Positions 8,674-17,471 of a stretch of 32,000 nt of DNA are shown piece after piece. The translations under genes and the position numbers were made by a program. Origin of the DNA: an archaeon (lineage in GTDB: Archaea > Iainarchaeota > Iainarchaeia > Iainarchaeales > JANQMZ01); assembly GCA_028279805.1 (NCBI GenBank), contig JANQMZ010000007.1:480001-512000 (forward strand). The letters are read 5' to 3'. Under the pieces are notes generated by a model that saw nothing but the letters and a program-made list of their open reading frames with translations, made no database searches and had not been told where the DNA came from. Position 1 is the stretch's first letter, and each line of letters opens with the position of its first letter.

Positions 8674-9222
8674 ATGAAAAGAGAAAGTATTACAATAGCA
8701 GTGGAAATTCCGGAAGAAATCAATGCAAAAGTTGAAAATAAAATTGTTGAAATAAGCAAAGGAGATAATGTTGTTGAAAGAAAATTCAGGTCAAAACTTT
8801 TAACACTTGAAAAAGAAAACAATTCGATTAAAATAACAGTTAAGCCGGGTAACAGAAAAACAAATGCGATTATGAAAACAGTTGCAGCACACATTAAAAA
8901 CATGATAACCGGAGTGGAAAAAGGATATGAATACAAGCTTGCCGTAAAATATTCCCATTTTCCGATGACAGTAAAAGTTGAGGGAAAAATTGTTGAGGTA
9001 AGCAATTTTATGGGTGGAAAAAAAACAAGAAAAATAAAAATAATAGGGGAAGCAACAAAAGTTGAAGTAAAAGGGCAGGATATAACGGTTAAAGGGCCAA
9101 ACAAGGAACATGTGGCTCAGACTGCTGCCAATTTAGAGCTTGGAACAGGATTAACAGATAAGGATCTGAGAATATTTCAGGACGGAATTTACCTCGTTCA
9201 AAAAGGAACAAAAAGTGATTAA
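8674..9222 (+). CDS. rpl6: 50S ribosomal protein L6 (uL6)
   Basis: VAAHIKNMITGVEKGYEYKLAVKYSHFPMTVKVEGKIVEVSNFMGGKKTRKIKI...EVKGQDITVKGPNKEHVAQTAANLE. Confidence 0.96.
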   Translation: MKRESITIAVEIPEEINAKVENKIVEISKGDNVVERKFRSKLLTLEKENNSIKITVKPGNRKTNAIMKTVAAHIKNMITGVEKGYEYKLAVKYSHFPMTVKVEGKIVEVSNFMGGKKTRKIKIIGEATKVEVKGQDITVKGPNKEHVAQTAANLELGTGLTDKDLRIFQDGIYLVQKGTKSD

Positions 9223-9224
9223 AA

Positions 9225-9797
9225 ATGGCTGAAAAGAAAAAGAAAACATCAAAAAAATTAACCAAAAAAATTCCTGCCAAAAAAACAAAACCGGGCAAAA
9301 AACAAATAAAAAAAACAAAAAAACCTGTGGCAAAAAAGAAAAAACCGGTTAAAAAAATTAAAAAAACAAAAGCAAAGCCAAAAAATGTTAAAAAGAAAAG
9401 AAAAAGTTCAGGTTCCAGAGGAAGCAAAAAAATAATTAAAACCGGAAAAAAAATAAGAAGCATTAAAAAAAGACAATTCAGGGGAAGATTTGGGAAAAGA
9501 GGAAGTTCAAGAAAAATTTCAAACAAAAAATGGCAAAAATGGAGAAAAAAAAGAGGAGAATCAAGAAATGTTAGAAAAGAAGACGGACTAACTCCAAAAA
9601 CAGGTTTCGGAAAAAACTCTGAACTGAAAGGGTTACACCCATCAGGATTCAAACAGGTTATTGTTTACAATTTGAATGATTTAAAACAAATTAAACCTGA
9701 AAACACCGGAATAATTGTTGCCTCGGCAGTCGGAAAAAGAAAAAAGAAAACTTTTATCAAAAAAGCAAAAGAAATGAAAATAAAAATTTTTAACTAG
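9225..9797 (+). CDS. rpl32e: 50S ribosomal protein L32e (eL32) with a Lys-rich N-terminal extension
   Basis: C-terminal core RQFRGRFGKRGSSRKISNKKWQKWRKKRGESRNVRKEDGLTPKTGFG...LHPSGFKQVIVYN; lysine-rich N-terminal extension of roughly 80 aa. Confidence 0.9.
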   Translation: MAEKKKKTSKKLTKKIPAKKTKPGKKQIKKTKKPVAKKKKPVKKIKKTKAKPKNVKKKRKSSGSRGSKKIIKTGKKIRSIKKRQFRGRFGKRGSSRKISNKKWQKWRKKRGESRNVRKEDGLTPKTGFGKNSELKGLHPSGFKQVIVYNLNDLKQIKPENTGIIVASAVGKRKKKTFIKKAKEMKIKIFN

Positions 9798-9805
9798 GTG
9801 AAAAA

Positions 9806-10252
9806 ATGAACGCAGAAAAAGCAAAACAAGCAAGTGCATTGATGCTAAAAACAGGCAAAAAAAACATAAAAATTGATTCAAAAGAAATGCAAAGAGTGAA
9901 AGAGGCAATAACAAAAGAGGATATCAGAGCATTAATAAAAGAAGGAATAATACAAAAGAAAAAAATAAAAGCACAAAGCAGGGGAAGAGCAAGAATTTTA
10001 GCTGCAAAAAAATCAAAAGGAAGAAAAAAAGGACATGGAAAAAGAAAAGGGACAAGAAAAGCAAGAACAGAGTCAAAAAAACGATGGATTTCAAGAGTCA
10101 GGTCACAGAGAAAAAAATTGAAAGAATTGAAAGAAAAAAATCCGGAAAAGGTTCAAAAAATAGGTTATCATAAGCTTTACGTAATGGTAAAAGGAAATTA
10201 TTTCAGGGGAAAAAAATATTTGGAAAAATTTGTATTGGGTGACAAAAAATGA
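9806..10252 (+). CDS. rpl19e: 50S ribosomal protein L19e (eL19)
   Basis: DSKEMQRVKEAITKEDIRALIKEGIIQKKKIKAQSRGRARI...KGRKKGHGKRKGTRKAR. Confidence 0.96.
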   Translation: MNAEKAKQASALMLKTGKKNIKIDSKEMQRVKEAITKEDIRALIKEGIIQKKKIKAQSRGRARILAAKKSKGRKKGHGKRKGTRKARTESKKRWISRVRSQRKKLKELKEKNPEKVQKIGYHKLYVMVKGNYFRGKKYLEKFVLGDKK

Positions 10253-10773
10253 AAACAACATATGAAACACCTTTTAGGAGAAGAAGAGAAGACAAAACAA
10301 ATTATGCAAAAAGACTTGCATTTGTAAAATCAGGATTACCAAGAATTATTTTCAGAATTTCAAACAGATATGTGAAAATGCAGATAACTGAATTTGATGT
10401 TAAAGGAGACAAATGTTTAACAAGTGCAAACTCAAAAGAATTAAAAAAATTCGGCTGGGAAAACGGAAAAAATACGCCGTCCGCATACTTAACAGGATAT
10501 TTGCTTGCAAAAAAATCAAAAAATGTTGAAAAAGCAATTTTTGACATAGGATTAATCACTCCTGTGAGAAAATCAAGAGCATTTTCAGCATTAAAAGGAG
10601 TTCTGGACGGAGGAATAAAAATTCCCTTCGGAGAAAAAGCTTTGCCTTCAGAAGAAAGACTCAAAGGAAAACACATTGAAGATTTTGGGCAAAAAAAAGA
10701 TATCATAAAACAATTTGAAAAAACAAAAAAAGAAATTGATTCAAAATTTTCAGCCAAAAAGGTGGTTAAATGA
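10249..10773 (+). CDS. rpl18: 50S ribosomal protein L18 (uL18)
   Basis: YETPFRRRREDKTNYAKRLAFVKSGLPRIIFRISNRYVKMQITEFDVKGD...VLDGGIKIPFGEKALPSEERLKGKHIEDF. Confidence 0.96.
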   Translation: MKTTYETPFRRRREDKTNYAKRLAFVKSGLPRIIFRISNRYVKMQITEFDVKGDKCLTSANSKELKKFGWENGKNTPSAYLTGYLLAKKSKNVEKAIFDIGLITPVRKSRAFSALKGVLDGGIKIPFGEKALPSEERLKGKHIEDFGQKKDIIKQFEKTKKEIDSKFSAKKVVK

Positions 10774-11468
10774 CAAACAGAGAAGATTCAAGAGAAGAAA
10801 AAATAAAAAAAGCAAAGGAAGCTGAAAAAGAAAAAAGTTTGGAAGTGTGGCTTCCAAAAACTGAATTAGGCAAACTTGTAAGAGGAGAAAAAATAAAAAC
10901 ATTAGATGAAATTTTTGACAAAAATATGCCAATTTTAGAACCTGAAATTGTTGATTCTTTAACAGATTTGGAAGAAATTCTTGTAGATGTTCAAAAAACC
11001 ACAAGAGTTGTAAAAGCAGGCAGAAAATTTTCATTCAGAGCATCAATTATTGTCGGGAATGGCGATGGCTATATCGGAGTGGGAACAGGAAAAGACAAAG
11101 AAAGATTGCCTGCCATAAGAAAAGCCACAAGAGAAGCAAAATTAAGCCTTTTCAGGGTAAAAAGAGGTTTTGGAAGCTGGGAAGACGCTTCTACGGCAAT
11201 GCATTCAGTTCCGTTCAAAGTAACAGGAAAAAGCGCTTCTGTCAGGGTTACATTAATACCTGCTCCACGAGGAGTCGGACTCGTTGCACCTCCAAACATT
11301 AAAAACGTGTTAAGACTGGCAGGAATTCAGAATGTCTGGATTAAAACTTATGGAAATACGAGAACACGGTTAAATTCTGTAAGAGCAACAGTTGATGCTT
11401 TAAATAATACCAACAAAATGAGTGTTTCAAAAGATTTGGAAAGAAAAATAAAACTGGAGAAAAAATAA
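10770..11468 (+). CDS. rps5: 30S ribosomal protein S5 (uS5)
   Basis: VVKAGRKFSFRASIIVGNGDGYIGVGTGKDKERLPAIRKATREAKL...IPAPRGVGLVAPPNIKNVLRLAGIQNVWIKTYGNTRTRLNSV. Confidence 0.97.
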   Translation: MTNREDSREEKIKKAKEAEKEKSLEVWLPKTELGKLVRGEKIKTLDEIFDKNMPILEPEIVDSLTDLEEILVDVQKTTRVVKAGRKFSFRASIIVGNGDGYIGVGTGKDKERLPAIRKATREAKLSLFRVKRGFGSWEDASTAMHSVPFKVTGKSASVRVTLIPAPRGVGLVAPPNIKNVLRLAGIQNVWIKTYGNTRTRLNSVRATVDALNNTNKMSVSKDLERKIKLEKK

Positions 11469-11469
11469 A

Positions 11470-11913
11470 ATGTTTGCAGTAATAAGAGTTAAAGGAACAG
11501 TCGGAATAAATCCTGACAACAAAAAAACTTTGGATTTATTAATGCTGCATAAACCAAATCATTTAGTTTTGATTCAGAAAAACGATTCAAATGAAAAAAT
11601 GATTAAAAAAGTTGAACCTTTTATAACCTGGGGAGAAATTGAAGAAAAAACACTTGAAAAACTTTTAATTAAAAGGGCAAGAAAATCCGGCAACAAAAGA
11701 ATTGAGGAAGATGAATTAAAAAAAGAAAAAATTGTTCAAAAACTTTTAAAAGAAAACAAAAAACTAAAAGATTTAGGATTAAAACCGGTTATAAGATTAA
11801 ACCCGCCTTCAAAAGGATTTGAAACAAAAGGAATCAAAAAAAATTACAGCATGGGCGGAGCAATTGGATACAGAGGGCAGGATATTAATACGTTGATTAA
11901 AAGGATGATGTGA
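11470..11913 (+). CDS. rpl30: 50S ribosomal protein L30 (uL30)
   Basis: MFAVIRVKGTVGINPDNKKTLDLLMLHKPNHLVLI...FRLNPPSKGFE-like archaeal C-terminus with SMGGAIGYRGQDINTLI. Confidence 0.94.
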   Translation: MFAVIRVKGTVGINPDNKKTLDLLMLHKPNHLVLIQKNDSNEKMIKKVEPFITWGEIEEKTLEKLLIKRARKSGNKRIEEDELKKEKIVQKLLKENKKLKDLGLKPVIRLNPPSKGFETKGIKKNYSMGGAIGYRGQDINTLIKRMM

Positions 11914-12353
11914 TGACAGTAAGAAAAAGAAAAAAGAAAAACAGGTTACGCGGTGAGAGAACCCATGGAAAAGGTGACACCAAAAACAAACGTGGAGCCG
12001 GAACCAGAGGGGGAAAAGGAAAAGCAGGTTCACATAAACATAAATACAGCAAATATTACGGAACATTCGGAAAACACGGAACACTTAAAGCAAAATCACG
12101 CGGAAAATCCGTTAATGTTGAACAAATTGAAACATTGTTACAAAAATGGCTTGATAAAAAACTTGTTCAAAAAGAAGGAAAAGTTTTTGTAATAAACGGC
12201 AAAAAAACAAAAATTTCAAAAGTTTTAGGCAGAGGAGAAATAAAAATAGCAGTAAAGCTTGTTAATATTAAAGCAAGCAAAAAAGCCACTGAAAAAATTG
12301 AAAAAGCAGGAGGAAAAACTGAAACTGTTACCAAAACAACAGTAAAAGAATAA
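11910..12353 (+). CDS. rpl15: 50S ribosomal protein L15 (uL15)
   Basis: RKRKKKNRLRGERTHGKGDTKNKRGAGTRGGKGKAGSHKHKY...KVLGRGEIKIAVKLVNIKASKKATEKIEKAGGK. Confidence 0.95.
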   Translation: MMTVRKRKKKNRLRGERTHGKGDTKNKRGAGTRGGKGKAGSHKHKYSKYYGTFGKHGTLKAKSRGKSVNVEQIETLLQKWLDKKLVQKEGKVFVINGKKTKISKVLGRGEIKIAVKLVNIKASKKATEKIEKAGGKTETVTKTTVKE

Positions 12354-12362
12354 GGTGATTAA

Positions 12363-13730
12363 ATGGGTTTACTTGATTTTTTAGGGCCGGTTTACAGGAT
12401 TTTGCCGGAAGTTAGAAAACCTGCAAAAGATCCCGGCATTAAAACAAAAATTTTATGGAGCGCCCTGGCTTTGCTTATTTTCTTTCTTTTAGGAAGAATT
12501 GAATTAATCGGTTTAAGTTCAGCTGCACAGGAACAACTTGCAGGATTACAGGTTATTTTGGCAAGCCAGATTGGAACACTTATTACTGCAGGAATCAGCC
12601 CAATTGTTTTATCATCAATCATTTTACAATTGCTTGTCGGCGGCGGTTTGCTTGGAATTGATTTAACAAACCCGGCTGACAGAATAAAATTTCAGGGAAT
12701 GCAGAAATTTTTTGCAATAATTTTATCCATTTTTGAAGGCTTCGTTTACCCGTTGTCCGGCCTGGTTACACCTGCACCCGGAATGCTTTTGATTGTTGCA
12801 GCTCAAATTGCACTCGGTTCAATTATTTTAATATACCTGGATGAAATTGTAAGCAAATACGGAATTGGTTCAGGAATAGGATTATTTATTGCAGGAGGAG
12901 TAAGTGCCGGATTTTTATGGCAGGCATTAATGCCTCCCGCAATAACATTAGCACAACCACAAGGAGGATTAATTCCGCAGTTTATTGCAAGTTTTACAAC
13001 CGGAATAAACTTTTTCCCTTTGTTTACAATAATAATGGCAATAATTATTTTCCTAATAGTTGCCTATGCAAACGCAATTCATGTAAATATTCCTATTACA
13101 ATGGGGCACCGGGGATCCGGTGGGCGATACTCAGTTAAATTTTTGTATGTTTCAGTAATGCCAGTAATTCTGGCAGTAGCATTGTTTGCAAACATCAGAA
13201 TATGGGCGTTAGTTGTGGGAAACTTGCCAATACTTGGAGATATTTTGAATGCTTTAACATGGGCGACAACAACTCCGTTTAATTTAATTCCGAGTTTTAT
13301 TTTACAGGCTTCAAGCAGCGGTTTTCTTGAAACGTTAACATTTATGGGACCGCAATTGTTGCAGGGATTTGTTTACTTGATTTTGCTAACAGCATTATGT
13401 GTTGTTTTTGGAAAATTCTGGGTAATGTTAGGAGCACAAGGCCCGGAAGACATTGCAAAACAATTACAATCATCAGGAATGTATATTCCGGGATTCAGAA
13501 GAGATGAAAGAATTATTGTAAAAGTTTTAAACCGGTATATTCCCCCTGTGGTAATAATGGGTTCAATTTTTGTCGGAATGCTGGCCGGACTGGGAAACAT
13601 GGTTTTAGGAGGATTAACATCAGGCACAGGAATTTTGCTAACCATAGACATTGTTTACAGGTTATATGAAGAATTGGCAAGACAACAGTTATCTGAAATG
13701 CATCCAATGCTTGGAAGAATTTTTAAATAA
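12363..13730 (+). CDS. secY: Preprotein translocase subunit SecY
   Basis: Multi-TM protein with archaeal SecY segments (RKPAKDPGIKTKILWSALALLIFFLLGRI..., NPADRIKFQGMQKFFAI, YANAIHVNIPITMGHRGSGGRYSVKFLYVSVMPVIL); canonical position after L15. Confidence 0.97.
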   Translation: MGLLDFLGPVYRILPEVRKPAKDPGIKTKILWSALALLIFFLLGRIELIGLSSAAQEQLAGLQVILASQIGTLITAGISPIVLSSIILQLLVGGGLLGIDLTNPADRIKFQGMQKFFAIILSIFEGFVYPLSGLVTPAPGMLLIVAAQIALGSIILIYLDEIVSKYGIGSGIGLFIAGGVSAGFLWQALMPPAITLAQPQGGLIPQFIASFTTGINFFPLFTIIMAIIIFLIVAYANAIHVNIPITMGHRGSGGRYSVKFLYVSVMPVILAVALFANIRIWALVVGNLPILGDILNALTWATTTPFNLIPSFILQASSSGFLETLTFMGPQLLQGFVYLILLTALCVVFGKFWVMLGAQGPEDIAKQLQSSGMYIPGFRRDERIIVKVLNRYIPPVVIMGSIFVGMLAGLGNMVLGGLTSGTGILLTIDIVYRLYEELARQQLSEMHPMLGRIFK

Positions 13731-13829
13731 AAAAAGTGGTTTAAATGAGTTTAACGAGGGTTTTAAAAGGAATTGGTTGGAAAACTTTATACCAGAGTTT
13801 TCAGAAAAAACCTGTTTTTAGTGATTTTA

Positions 13830-14339
13830 ATGGTTGAAATAACTCCAATTATAGGCATTTTTGGCATTACCGCCATTCTGGTAATCGTATCCAGGTTAAT
13901 GCAAAACCGGTTTATGGATCGGGATTTAATGGATGAGCAAAGAAAAGAAATGAATGAAAAAAGAGACCGGATGAAAGAATTGCTGTCAAAACAGGATGAA
14001 AAATCTTTAAAAGAAGCTGAAAAAATTCAGAGAGAAATGCTTGAAATGAGCCAAAAAATGATGCAGGGTTCAATGCGTTACATGATGGTTTCACTGCCAT
14101 TGTTTTTGGGAGTGTTTTTTTTAATGGGATTTGTATACGGAGAAACAATAATTGATTTGCCTGTGCCATTGCCATGGTGGGAAAATGCTGAAATTTTTAA
14201 TCCGTTCACATGGTTAAACATTAAATTCTTTGAACAGACAAACTGGTTTGGCTGGTATTTTGCATCATATTTGTTTATTTCAATTCTTTACGGCATAGGA
14301 AGAAGAATTTTAAAAAGAATAAAAGGGGAACAAAAATGA
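13830..14339 (+). CDS. DUF106 / EMC3-like (Oxa1-superfamily) membrane protein
   Basis: TM-coiled coil-TM architecture with SKQDEKSLKEAEKIQREMLEMSQKMMQGSMRYMMVSLPLFLGVFFL. Located after secY as in many archaea. Start set at ATG 13830 rather than the track TTG 13773. Confidence 0.75.
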   Translation: MVEITPIIGIFGITAILVIVSRLMQNRFMDRDLMDEQRKEMNEKRDRMKELLSKQDEKSLKEAEKIQREMLEMSQKMMQGSMRYMMVSLPLFLGVFFLMGFVYGETIIDLPVPLPWWENAEIFNPFTWLNIKFFEQTNWFGWYFASYLFISILYGIGRRILKRIKGEQK

Positions 14340-14671
14340 GTTCACAAAAATACGGAAAAGGAAACATTAAATTTGTTAAAGTTCCGAGCGGAACAAAAGT
14401 AAAAAAAATTAAAAAAAGAAAATCAAAAGGAAAAGACGCATTAACAGGTAAAAAATTGCACGGAGTTATTGCCGGAAAAAGAAAAAAGAAAACAACCAAG
14501 AGACCAAGTGCATTGTTCGGAGGAATATTAACAGGAGAAAGCAGAAAACTTGTTCAGGAAGAAGCTGCAAAAGTGCGTGTGAAAATTAAAAAAATTGAAG
14601 ATGTTGATTTACGTTTAAAACAATACGTTGAAATTGCGGTAAAAAAAGGTGAAAAACATGGCGGCAATTGA
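14336..14671 (+). CDS. rpl34e: 50S ribosomal protein L34e (eL34), apparently lacking the zinc-binding cysteines
   Basis: SGTKVKKIKKRKSKGKDALTGKKLHGVIAGKRKKKTTKRPSALFGGILTGESRKLVQEEA matches the L34e arrangement; position before L14e. Confidence 0.85.
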   Translation: MSSQKYGKGNIKFVKVPSGTKVKKIKKRKSKGKDALTGKKLHGVIAGKRKKKTTKRPSALFGGILTGESRKLVQEEAAKVRVKIKKIEDVDLRLKQYVEIAVKKGEKHGGN

Positions 14672-14924
14672 AACAGGAAGAGTCTGCATTAAAACAACAG
14701 GAAGAACTGCAGGAGAAAAGGTTATAGTGGTAACAGTTTCAGATGAAAATGTTGTAACAATTGCAAATTCGTTGGGGCAAAAAGAAAAATGCAACATAAG
14801 ACATTTGTTTCCGCTGGATGAAAAAAGTGATGTTAAAAAAATTAAAGAAAAACCCAAAAAAGTCAGGAAAAAAAAAGAACAGCACAAAGGAAAACCGAAA
14901 CCAAAAGAAAAAAATAAAAAATGA
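14658..14924 (+). CDS. rpl14e: 50S ribosomal protein L14e (eL14)
   Basis: MAAIETGRVCIKTTGRTAGEKVIVVTVSDENVVTIANSLGQKEKCNIRHLFPLDEK. ATG at 14658 is preferred over GTG 14649, which overlaps the GGTG ribosome-binding site. Confidence 0.88.
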   Translation: MAAIETGRVCIKTTGRTAGEKVIVVTVSDENVVTIANSLGQKEKCNIRHLFPLDEKSDVKKIKEKPKKVRKKKEQHKGKPKPKEKNKK

Positions 14925-14935
14925 GGAAATAAAAA

Positions 14936-15547
14936 ATGGCTAAAAAAGACAGAAAAAAAAAGGAACAGCAAAGAGAAGCAAAAAAAGCCAGAAAAACAGA
15001 TCAAAAACAGGAAAAAGACTCAAAAGAAATAAAACAAAAACAGGTTTCAAAAGAAAAAAAAAGAACAGATGTCAGGTATATTGTCAGAATAGCCGAATCT
15101 GATTTAAATGGGGAACTGCCTGTTTACATGTCTTTAACAAAAATTAAAGGAATAAGCCAAAGGTTTGCGGAAGCGGTTGCAAAAACATTTGAAAAAGAAA
15201 CAGGTTTTCCGTACAACGAAGAATTGGGAAAATTAAAAGAAGAACAGGATAAAATGCTTGAAAACATTATATTAAATCCGGTTAAACACGGAATTCCGGC
15301 ATGGCTTGCCAACAGAAGAAAAGATTTTGATTCAGGAGAAAACAAGCACTTGGTTTCAAGTGAATTAATTTTTTCAAAAAGAGAGGATTTGAAAAGATTA
15401 AATGAAATAAAAAGTTACCGGGGCTTAAGACACAGCTGGGGATTAACAGTCAGAGGACAAAGAACAAAAGGAACTCACAGAGGAAAAGGCGGAGTTGTGG
15501 GTGTAATGAAAAAAGATGCAAAACAAGCATCCTCAAAAAAAGAGTGA
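14936..15547 (+). CDS. rps13: 30S ribosomal protein S13 (uS13) with a Lys-rich N-terminal extension
   Basis: VRYIVRIAESDLNGELPVYMSLTKIKGISQRFAEAV...LKRLNEIKSYRGLRHSWGLTVRGQRTKGTHRGKGG. Confidence 0.95.
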   Translation: MAKKDRKKKEQQREAKKARKTDQKQEKDSKEIKQKQVSKEKKRTDVRYIVRIAESDLNGELPVYMSLTKIKGISQRFAEAVAKTFEKETGFPYNEELGKLKEEQDKMLENIILNPVKHGIPAWLANRRKDFDSGENKHLVSSELIFSKREDLKRLNEIKSYRGLRHSWGLTVRGQRTKGTHRGKGGVVGVMKKDAKQASSKKE

Positions 15548-15552
15548 TTTAA

Positions 15553-16275
15553 ATGGGCGATCCGAAAAAAAGAAGAAAAACATTTGAAAGTCCCAAAAAA
15601 AGATGGGACAAAGACAGAATTTTGGAAGAGGCAGATTTAAGAAAACAATACGGATTGAGGTCAAAAAAAGAAATATGGAAAATGGAAACAAAATTAAGAA
15701 AAATAAGACAAAATGCAAGAAAATTACTGGCATTGCCTGTTGAAAGAAGAGAAAAAAGAGAAGCGGAATTAATGGGAAAGCTTCACAGGCAGGGTTTGCT
15801 GGAAAGAGAAGCTTCACTTGAAGATGTGTTAACAATGAATGTTAATTCGGTTGCCGAAAGAAGATTACAAACACTTGTCTGGAGAAAAGATTTAAGTTTA
15901 ACACCAAACCAGTCAAGGCAAATAATTGTTCACGGACACATAGGAATTAATAAAGTTAAAACAACAGCTCCAGGACATCTTGTGACAAGAGATGAAGAAG
16001 AAAAAATATCATGGTTTAAAAAACCTTTAAAATTAAAACAGGTTACAAAAAAAGATAAAGAAAAATTAAAGAAAAAATTTGAAGAAGCAATTCCGGAAGA
16101 GGAAAAGAAAAAAGAAGCCGAACAAAAATCAGAAAAAACTGAAAATGCTGAAAAAACAGAGGAAACAAAAGAAAAGGAAAAAAAAGAAGAAGATAAAAAA
16201 CAACCAAAACAAGCAGAAGAAAAAGCAAAAGATGACAAAGAAAAGGAAAAGAAAGAAGAAAAGGTTGAAAAATAA
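15553..16275 (+). CDS. rps4: 30S ribosomal protein S4 (uS4) with a Lys/Glu-rich C-terminal tail
   Basis: MGDPKKRRKTFESPKKRWDKDRILEEADLRKQYGLRSKKEIWKME...LEDVLTMNVNSVAERRLQTLVWRKDLSLTPNQSRQIIVHGHIGINKVKTTAPGHLV. Confidence 0.96.
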   Translation: MGDPKKRRKTFESPKKRWDKDRILEEADLRKQYGLRSKKEIWKMETKLRKIRQNARKLLALPVERREKREAELMGKLHRQGLLEREASLEDVLTMNVNSVAERRLQTLVWRKDLSLTPNQSRQIIVHGHIGINKVKTTAPGHLVTRDEEEKISWFKKPLKLKQVTKKDKEKLKKKFEEAIPEEEKKKEAEQKSEKTENAEKTEETKEKEKKEEDKKQPKQAEEKAKDDKEKEKKEEKVEK

Positions 16276-16718
16276 TGGCTGAAAAAACAAAAACTTTTGA
16301 AAAACACAAAAAAGAAGAAATGCAGGTTACAAAAAGGGATAATGAAGGAATTATTCACATTTACGCTTCACATAATAACACTTTAATGCTGTTAACAGAT
16401 ATTACAGGCGGAGAAACAATTGCAAAATGCACAGGAGGGCAAGTGATAAAATCAGATCATAAACAAGGAACTCCGTACACTGCAATGAAAATAGCTGAAA
16501 TAATCGCTGAAAAAGCAAGAGAAAGAGGAATTACACAGGTTTCAGTAAAAGTCCGAGGCCCCGGAGGAATCAAATCTTTTTCACCGGGAAAAGGAAGTGA
16601 AGCAGCAATAAGAAGTTTAACAAGACACGGAATAAGAATAAAAAATATTCAAAACGTGACACCAATTCCGCACAACGGTTGCAGGAAAAAAAAGAAATAC
16701 AGGTCAAAAAGAGGTTAA
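16275..16718 (+). CDS. rps11: 30S ribosomal protein S11 (uS11)
   Basis: GIIHIYASHNNTLMLLTDITGGETIAKCTGGQVIKSDHKQGTPYTAMK...VRGPGGIKSFSPGKGSEAAIRSLTRHGIRI..TPIPHNGCR. Confidence 0.97.
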   Translation: MAEKTKTFEKHKKEEMQVTKRDNEGIIHIYASHNNTLMLLTDITGGETIAKCTGGQVIKSDHKQGTPYTAMKIAEIIAEKARERGITQVSVKVRGPGGIKSFSPGKGSEAAIRSLTRHGIRIKNIQNVTPIPHNGCRKKKKYRSKRG

Positions 16719-16724
16719 AAAAAA

Positions 16725-17456
16725 ATGAAAATAAAAAAAATAGGCGAAAAAGACGGCGTTACAAAAATATTAATAAAAGAAGCTGATACTGCGATTGTAA
16801 ACGCAATAAGAAGAACAATTATGAACAATGTTCCAATTTTAGCAGTTTCAGATATAACAATTTATCAGAACACTTCAGTTTTCTTTGATGAATTTCTTGC
16901 AAGCAGGCTGGGAAGTTTGCCGATTAAAACAGATAAAACTTATAAAAAAGGAGACAAAATAAAATTAACACTTGAAAAAGAAGGACCGGGAATAGTTTAC
17001 AGTTCCGACATAAAATCAGCTGACCCTGCTGCAGTGGTTGCTGAAAAAAACATTCCAATAATAAAACTTGGAGAAAAACAAAAAATAAAACTTGAAATGG
17101 AGGCTGAAATGAACACCGGCAAAGAACATGCAAAATGGCAGCCGGCCATCGTTTCATATTCCCAGTTGCCCATAATTGAAGCAAAAACAACTTCCTTAAA
17201 AAAAATTGAAACAGCTTTCAAAAACGCTGTTATTGAAAATAAAGCGGGAAAACTTGTTTTAGACCCTTATGAATGTGATCCTCAAAGAGCATTGGATGAA
17301 GCCGGAGACGGAAAAATTTCATTTGACAAAAATTCATTCATTTTATATGTTGAAAGTCATGGAGGATTAAAAACAAAACAAATACTTGAAGAGGCTATTA
17401 ATGTTTTGATTGAAAAAAATAACGAGTTAAAGGAGGCTTTAAAAAAAGCAAAATAA
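16725..17456 (+). CDS. rpo3: DNA-directed RNA polymerase subunit Rpo3 (RpoD)
   Basis: ADTAIVNAIRRTIMNNVPILAVSDITIYQNTSVFFDEFLASRLGSLPIKTD; canonical position after S11. Confidence 0.94.
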   Translation: MKIKKIGEKDGVTKILIKEADTAIVNAIRRTIMNNVPILAVSDITIYQNTSVFFDEFLASRLGSLPIKTDKTYKKGDKIKLTLEKEGPGIVYSSDIKSADPAAVVAEKNIPIIKLGEKQKIKLEMEAEMNTGKEHAKWQPAIVSYSQLPIIEAKTTSLKKIETAFKNAVIENKAGKLVLDPYECDPQRALDEAGDGKISFDKNSFILYVESHGGLKTKQILEEAINVLIEKNNELKEALKKAK

Positions 17457-17471
17457 TTAAAGGCAGTCTGG

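Noticed and set aside
11953-12192. Alternate-frame ORF within rpl15 (MREPMEKVTPKTN...)
   Set aside because: Overlaps a strongly supported L15; its translation is a frame-shifted version of Lys/Gly-rich L15 sequence.
13773-13829. Extended start of the EMC3-like protein at TTG 13773
   Set aside because: ATG 13830 gives a better fit to a short N-terminus followed by the first TM segment, with a GTGAT upstream. It remains an open alternative.
16079-16282. Lys-rich alternate-frame ORF in the rps4 tail
   Set aside because: Low-complexity frame shadow of the KE-rich tail; no start context.
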